Shown: positions 58,481 to 64,000 of the stretch, in pieces | Position numbering within the stretch: position 1 is the first letter of the stretch | Layout: every line of letters starts with the position of its first letter | Assembly (NCBI GenBank): GCA_043825735.1 | Contig: JBDRRP010000027.1 | Coordinates: 1-64,000, forward strand | Length of the DNA stretch: 64,000 bases | Direction of reading: 5' to 3' | From: Pseudomonadota bacterium | GTDB taxonomy: Bacteria > Desulfobacterota > Desulfobacteria > Desulfobacterales > JBDRRP01 | Program-made: the position numbers and the translations under genes | Notes under the pieces: model-generated | What the model saw: only the letters and a program-made list of their open reading frames with translations | What the model was told of the DNA's origin: nothing | Databases searched by the model: none

Positions 58481-59761
58481 ATGCGCTTTAAACTGATCTA
58501 CCCCAAATGGCCCAAACTGGACCGGCAGACGGAATTCCACCTGCCGCCCCACGGACCCGTCGTCTTTGCCGCCGCCCTGCCCGACGATGTGGACGTGGAT
58601 TTCATCGACGAAAACCTGGCCGATATCGATTTTGAAGCACCGGTGGATCTGGTGGGCATCTCCATGATGCTCACCGTGCAGGTCAAGCGGGGCTGGGCCA
58701 TTGCCGATACCTACCGGCGTCGGGGGATTCCGGTCATTTTCGGAGGCATCGCCACCATGCTTCATGCCGAAGAAACCGGCGCCCACGCCGATGCGGTCTT
58801 TTTAGGGGAAGCCGAAGGGCGCATGGAGACCGTACTGGAAGACTTTCGCCAGGGGCGCCTAAAGCCGGTCTACGACTATCTCGACACCCCGCCGCCCATC
58901 GAATGGGTCGGTACCGCCCGGCGTGACCTGCTCCGCCGTGATCTTTACAACTACAAGGGAATCCAGATGGTGGACCTGGTCCACGCCTCGCGGGGCTGCC
59001 GCTACCACTGCTACCCCTGCGCCGTGGCCTATCTCGGGGGGCGAAAGTTTCGTCCCCGCCCCATCGACAAAGCCATCGCCGAAATGGCGGCCATCGACAA
59101 CAACCGCCTCTTTATCGTGGACAATTCTTTGGCCCAGGATACCCGTTGGGAAATGGATCTGTTCCGCGAGATGATCCCGCTGAAAAAGAAGTGGTGCAGC
59201 CACCCCATCGAAGACAAACCGGAGGTGCTCGACCTGGCCGCCCGGGCCGGTGCCTGGTACGTCTACCAGGCGGTGTTCGACACCTCCGACTACATCCGTG
59301 AGCGGATCAAACGCTACCACGACCACGGCATCGCCGTTGAAGGGACGATCCTCCTGGGCCTGGACAATCACACCGAAGACACGGTCCTGCGTCTCATCGA
59401 TTTTCTCCTTGAAATCGATCTGGACCTTGCCGAGTTCACCGTATTGACCCCCTACCCCCACACCAAAGCCTGGGACGAGCTGCACCGGCAGGGCCGGATC
59501 TTTTCGTATGACTGGGACGACTACGGCGCCGACACCGTCGTCTATCATCCCAAGCATATGAGCGCCGAAAGGCTTCAGGAACTGCTCCAGCATGCCTGGA
59601 ACACCTTCCACCGCGACGAGCCCCAGGAATTCAAGATGTTCAAACTGTTTCAGCAGGTCGTCAGAAAAGAAATGGCCGACGGCACCCATCGGCCCAGAGA
59701 CCGGGCGCTTTCGGACAAGGCGTTTGGACGACCTCTGGCACCGCCGCAGCGCGTTATTTAG
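58481..59761 (+). CDS. B12-binding radical SAM protein
   Basis: DEN, LVGIS, GG, GEAE, ASRGCRYHCYPC, LTPYPHT. Confidence 0.9.
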   Translation: MRFKLIYPKWPKLDRQTEFHLPPHGPVVFAAALPDDVDVDFIDENLADIDFEAPVDLVGISMMLTVQVKRGWAIADTYRRRGIPVIFGGIATMLHAEETGAHADAVFLGEAEGRMETVLEDFRQGRLKPVYDYLDTPPPIEWVGTARRDLLRRDLYNYKGIQMVDLVHASRGCRYHCYPCAVAYLGGRKFRPRPIDKAIAEMAAIDNNRLFIVDNSLAQDTRWEMDLFREMIPLKKKWCSHPIEDKPEVLDLAARAGAWYVYQAVFDTSDYIRERIKRYHDHGIAVEGTILLGLDNHTEDTVLRLIDFLLEIDLDLAEFTVLTPYPHTKAWDELHRQGRIFSYDWDDYGADTVVYHPKHMSAERLQELLQHAWNTFHRDEPQEFKMFKLFQQVVRKEMADGTHRPRDRALSDKAFGRPLAPPQRVI

Positions 59762-60115
59762 AAGGCCTCCGAGCAGGCATCCGGCAAGGTATTTATCGAT
59801 CTGCGGGATGTGTACGATATCGCCAAGGAATTGATGGAAAAGGAGCTAACGGGTCATAAGGTCCCGGTAAGCGCAGAAGCATCAAAAACAATCACCTTCA
59901 CGATCAAAAAATTACAGTGGGAGGTCTGGGCAGGTGGTTTCTCCATCGGCGCGTATATGGACTTCCTTATTGAAACCGGCGACGGATATAAGGCAGCCTA
60001 CAGCGTTCAGGACGGTTCGGCGATGGACATCACCCGATCCGTCGGTGGCGTCATTGCCAGAGCGGTCGAAAAGATCTTTCAGGACCAAGAGGTTATGGCG
60101 TACATTGAAAAATGA
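59762..60115 (+). pseudogene. Probable 5'-truncated hypothetical gene
   Basis: Open frame begins right after the radical SAM TAG; no SD; AT-richer codons. Confidence 0.4.
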
Positions 60116-60160
60116 CGCCGGCATGATCCGGATCGCCTTATCAGTATCGGCTCCCGTTGA

Positions 60161-60691
60161 TCAGCCGCGGCGAACCTGAATGCTCCGGCGCCACGGCCTG
60201 CCGCCGTGCTCGCGACCGAATTCCAGCAGGCGGTTCTGGTGCCGCTCGATATGCTCGACGACAAACCGGCTGTGGGCTTCCGGCGGCACCCCCGCCATGG
60301 CCAGCAGCTTGAACACGGCATTGACTTCCGAAAACTCCAGATCATGGGCCAGCTCGTAGGCGTCATCCAGCGTGTGCACCTGCTCAAGATCAAAGGCCTC
60401 GATCAGCCGGATGGCATCGGATACCCGCTCGGCCACCATTGGATCCGGCGGCTGAGAGAGCTCCTGCCGGGGCAATCGATCGTAAACGCCTTTGAGGATG
60501 CTTTCGTGCTCGAGCTCTTCGCTGTAAAGCCGGTGCCAGAAAGCACTGACATCGGGCACGTGCCGGAACGCCGCCGCCATCTCGACATAAAAGGCCGCCG
60601 CTTTGCGCTCAATGCCGATGGCCATTTCGAAAAGCGCTTCGGTGGTCGCAGTCAAAGACATGGATGGTCTGTCATCGGTCACGATGCTCAC
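60161..60691 (-). CDS. Ferritin/rubrerythrin-like protein (start uncertain)
   Basis: AIGIE..AAAFY, EELEH, A.DLE, ERH. Confidence 0.75.
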   Translation of the reverse strand: MSIVTDDRPSMSLTATTEALFEMAIGIERKAAAFYVEMAAAFRHVPDVSAFWHRLYSEELEHESILKGVYDRLPRQELSQPPDPMVAERVSDAIRLIEAFDLEQVHTLDDAYELAHDLEFSEVNAVFKLLAMAGVPPEAHSRFVVEHIERHQNRLLEFGREHGGRPWRRSIQVRRG

Positions 60692-60692
60692 C

Positions 60693-62174
60693 TCACAGGT
60701 CCTTGAAGCGGTTGACGCCATTAAGACGCTGAATCTCCCGGGCGTAGCGTCCGTGCCATCCATGCTTTCGCAGCGAGCGGCCGAGAATGGCTTTTAACAG
60801 CGGCCGGAAAAAAAGCAGCCAGATGCCGGTCCACAGTTTCCCATGCGCCCGGACGCGCTCGGAGGGTTCCCACCACCCCAGTATCGTCTGGCGATGGTAC
60901 CAGACCAGATACTGTAGTTCTTCCGCGCTCAGGTGCCGGGTGCGCACGTTGGCCCACATCCCGTTGTAACGCGTGTAATCGGTGGCATTGGTGACCAGTC
61001 CGGCGTCCAAGAGGTGCTCGCGGATGCCGGTTCTGGGATAGGGGGTGAGGATCTGGCAATAAGCCGAATCCGCTCCCGAGGATTTTAGAAATTGGTAGTT
61101 TTCGATGATCTCCTGCTCGGTGTCATCGGGGAAGCCGAAAATCAACCCCCCCACCACCATGATGCCGTACTTGTGGCAGTTGTCCACGGCCTGCCGGGAG
61201 GCTGAAACGATGTCTCCCTTTTTCGCGGTGTGCAGGTTCTTTTTGGAGACGTTCTCGATGCCGAGAAACACCGACCTGAAACCGGCTTGGGCCATCTTTT
61301 GCACCATGCGCTCTTCCCGGGCCATGGTGACACAGTCGGCCTGCACCACGATGTTGAAATTGCGATACTTCCTGGCAATGATGGCATCGCACAAAGCGAT
61401 GACCCGCTCGGGATCGAGCACCAGGTTGTCATCGGTAATGAACACCCAGCGCACCTTGCGGGTGTAATAGATGTCGTCGATGTCGGCCAGCACCCGCTCG
61501 ATGGGAAAGGTCCGAAAGGCCCGGCCGTACATGTGGCGGATGCTGCAAAAATTGCAATTGCGCGTGCAGCCCCGGCTGGTCTCCATCACTTCCACATGGC
61601 TGTTCATGATGTGGTATCCCCAGGTCAGCCGTCGCTTGTCTCGGATGGGCAGCTTGAGGGTGGCCAGATCCAGCAGCGGCCCGTTGGGGCTGTGAACGAA
61701 GCCGTCGGCATTTTTGTAGGACAGCGACGGGATGTCTTCGATGCGGTCACGGCCGTCCAGCGCGTTGACCAGGCGCCGGAACGTCTCCTCGCCTTCGCTT
61801 CTCACCATGAAGTCGATCCACTGGGCTTCGGGGGCGGCGGCGATCTCTTCGAACATCAGCGTCGCGTGGTAGCCGCCGATCACGATCCGGGCCGATGGCA
61901 GCACCCGCCGGGTGAGGCGGATCAGTTTCTTGCAGGTTTCGTACTGCCAGGTCATGGCGGAAAACCCCACCACGTCCGGGCGGATCTTTCGCAGCATGCG
62001 CTCCAGATACCGGCGGACACGCCAGCGCTCGCGGATGAGATCGATGATGCAAACGTCGTGGTCGGCGTCGATGTTGCCGCCGATGCTGGCAATGCCCAGG
62101 TTGGGCATATGAAATGCCGATTCGTGCATGATCACCGGCGCCACGTCCGGCATGGAAACCAGCATGATTTTCAT
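60693..62174 (-). CDS. B12-binding radical SAM protein
   Basis: PNLG, GGYHAT, EGE, ETSRGCTRNCNFC, DDN. Confidence 0.92.
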   Translation of the reverse strand: MKIMLVSMPDVAPVIMHESAFHMPNLGIASIGGNIDADHDVCIIDLIRERWRVRRYLERMLRKIRPDVVGFSAMTWQYETCKKLIRLTRRVLPSARIVIGGYHATLMFEEIAAAPEAQWIDFMVRSEGEETFRRLVNALDGRDRIEDIPSLSYKNADGFVHSPNGPLLDLATLKLPIRDKRRLTWGYHIMNSHVEVMETSRGCTRNCNFCSIRHMYGRAFRTFPIERVLADIDDIYYTRKVRWVFITDDNLVLDPERVIALCDAIIARKYRNFNIVVQADCVTMAREERMVQKMAQAGFRSVFLGIENVSKKNLHTAKKGDIVSASRQAVDNCHKYGIMVVGGLIFGFPDDTEQEIIENYQFLKSSGADSAYCQILTPYPRTGIREHLLDAGLVTNATDYTRYNGMWANVRTRHLSAEELQYLVWYHRQTILGWWEPSERVRAHGKLWTGIWLLFFRPLLKAILGRSLRKHGWHGRYAREIQRLNGVNRFKDL

Positions 62175-62995
62175 GAGTCCTCTTTTCTGACGCCCTGGTC
62201 TGACAACTGGTGATCCATGAGCATCTGCCGCACCGTTGCCATGAGTGCCCGTGTGTCGGCGGGGCGACGCCCTGTCGGGGGATCGATGCGCCCTACCCGC
62301 GCCACCGAAATCCGGTTCGGCCCCCGGGAGCGGAAGGCAAACCGGCCGGGCTGGAACATGCGATCGGTGTTCTGGATATGAACCACTTCGATGGGCGCTC
62401 CGCAGTTTCTGGCGATCTTGAAAGCGCCCGGGTTAAAGGCACCCATGGATCCGTCACGGCTGCGGGTGCCCTCGGGGAAGATGAACAGATTGCCGCCGGC
62501 GGCCAGAAAATCCGGCAGGGCCTGCACCTGGCCGATGATGATATCCGCCCCCCGCCCCGCGGCCTCCGAAGGGATATAACCGGCGCGGGTGAGCATCCAT
62601 CCGAAGATGGGAATGCGAAACAGCCGCCCCTTGACGATGGTTTTGTGCCGCGCGAACAGGGAGATCAGCAGCAGTGGGTCAAGGTAGGAAATGTGATTGC
62701 TGACAATCACGGAGGAGCGGATGGCTGATACCGCCGGGCTGATATGCCACCGGTGATCAGGCATGAGCATGCGGATCAGGCTGATGAACCCTTGGTAGAA
62801 CCGGCAGTTGAGCCGCTGAAAGGCAGCTTCGCGGTCCCTGGAAAAGATGCCGGATATCAAATAAAGCGGTGAAAAAAAGACGACGAACCCCAGTGTAAAA
62901 TACGTCCACAGCACCAGCGTGATAAGCCGGTCTCGCACCGGCCGGTCATCCGGGTAGTCGTTTTCCCGTGCTGCGATTGCTTCCGAAGGTGCCAT
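62171..62995 (-). CDS. PlsC-family lysophospholipid acyltransferase
   Basis: NHISYLD, FPEGTRS. Confidence 0.92.
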   Translation of the reverse strand: MAPSEAIAARENDYPDDRPVRDRLITLVLWTYFTLGFVVFFSPLYLISGIFSRDREAAFQRLNCRFYQGFISLIRMLMPDHRWHISPAVSAIRSSVIVSNHISYLDPLLLISLFARHKTIVKGRLFRIPIFGWMLTRAGYIPSEAAGRGADIIIGQVQALPDFLAAGGNLFIFPEGTRSRDGSMGAFNPGAFKIARNCGAPIEVVHIQNTDRMFQPGRFAFRSRGPNRISVARVGRIDPPTGRRPADTRALMATVRQMLMDHQLSDQGVRKEDS

Positions 62996-63005
62996 CTGTT
63001 GCCGA

Positions 63006-64000
63006 TTACTCGTCGAAGGCCTTGATGAACAGGCAGGTGTTCACGCCGCCGAAAGCGAAATTCTGGACGGCTGCCACGCGGACGCGCGTTTGCACAAGCT
63101 GCCGGGCATGACGGATCATGGCGCAGCGCGGATCCACTGTTTCCAGGTTCAACGTGGGGGCCACGATCCCTTCGGCCATCATGATCAGAGCGATGATGGT
63201 CTCGATGGCACCGCACGATCCCATGGTGTGCCCCATATAGCTTTTCAAGCCGGTCACCAGCGGCCGGTCGCCGTAGATGCTGCCGATGGCCTGCGCCTCC
63301 ATGACGTCTCCGGTCTTGGTGGCCGTGGCGTGGGCGCTGATGAAATCCACATCTTCCGGATTGAGCCGGGCCGCATCGAGCCCGCAGCGGATGGTCCTTC
63401 GGATGCCGTCGATGTTGGGCAGGATGAGGTCCCCCCCGTTGTTGTAGCAGCTAAAACCGATCACTTCGCCAAGGATGGTGGCCCCGCGTTTTTTGGCCCC
63501 GTCCAGGGATTCAAGGAGCACGGCGCCGGCGCCTTCGCCCACCACCAACCCGTCGCGGTCCCTGTCGAAAGGCCGGGGAGTGCGGTGCGGGGTGTCGTTG
63601 TATTCCGTAGAGCAGGCCATCAGGTTGTCGAAGACCGCCACGGTGGTGGTGTCGTACTCGTCGGCGCCGCCGCAGAGCATGGCGTCCTGCAGACCGAATT
63701 TCACGGCCTCGTAACCAAACCCGATGGACTGGCTGCTGGTGGTACAGGCCGTCGAGGAAGCGATCACCCGGCCGGTGATACCGAACATCTTAGCGATGTT
63801 GGCCGCCGTAGTGTGAACCATGGATTTGAGATAATCCACCGCGCCGATGGCATTGAGCCGGGAGTCCGTTCCGCTGAAAAAGGTCTTGTAGATGCTGCGC
63901 TGTGCCGAGGGGCTGCCGTGGGTGGAGCCGAAGGCCACCCCCAGCCGGCCGGAGGTGACGAACTGCTCATCCAGGCCGGCCCGCTCGAAGATGTCCTTGG
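63006..64000 (-). CDS. Beta-ketoacyl-ACP synthase (5' end outside the window)
   Basis: TACTTS, SAHATAT, KSYMGH, FAFGG. Confidence 0.9.
   Translation of the reverse strand, partial: KDIFERAGLDEQFVTSGRLGVAFGSTHGSPSAQRSIYKTFFSGTDSRLNAIGAVDYLKSMVHTTAANIAKMFGITGRVIASSTACTTSSQSIGFGYEAVKFGLQDAMLCGGADEYDTTTVAVFDNLMACSTEYNDTPHRTPRPFDRDRDGLVVGEGAGAVLLESLDGAKKRGATILGEVIGFSCYNNGGDLILPNIDGIRRTIRCGLDAARLNPEDVDFISAHATATKTGDVMEAQAIGSIYGDRPLVTGLKSYMGHTMGSCGAIETIIALIMMAEGIVAPTLNLETVDPRCAMIRHARQLVQTRVRVAAVQNFAFGGVNTCLFIKAFDE

Noticed and set aside
59759..59761. Pyrrolysine or amber read-through fusion
   Set aside because: The radical SAM protein looks complete, there are no pyl genes in the window, and the downstream composition differs
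45711..64000. Claim that the cluster makes ladderanes or a standard aryl polyene
   Set aside because: Gene-family resemblance does not fix the product, and the cluster is incomplete in this window

Overview
GC-rich bacterial chromosomal window; a Desulfobacterota-like anaerobe is inferred from gene content only. From left to right it holds: two FG-GAP/VCBS-protein plus porin modules around an orphan XRE antitoxin whose RelE-type toxin survives only as a 3' stump; a minus-strand housekeeping run (argS, SPOR, gatC, gatA, small ORF, mutL, TMTC-like GT-C) interrupted by two GxxExxY nuclease-family genes; a glycosylation group; and an F0-only Na+-type ATP synthase operon with a normal c subunit and a four-hairpin c subunit that keeps only one essential Glu. 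From about 34 kb to past the window end lies a type II FAS/PKS cluster (aryl-polyene/'ladderane-like' accessory genes) with 4 ketosynthases, 2 ACPs and 6 radical SAM enzymes. Many intergenic gaps are filled with modular, nested repeats: triple-7-mer inverted arms (the same arms that bracket one GxxExxY gene), ~135-bp and ~315-bp MITEs with target duplications, REP-like hairpins, and 29-33-bp hairpin micro-insertions that insert without target duplication into other repeats and into each other. No rRNA, tRNA or CRISPR array was seen. All calls come from reading motifs by eye; no database searches were run.
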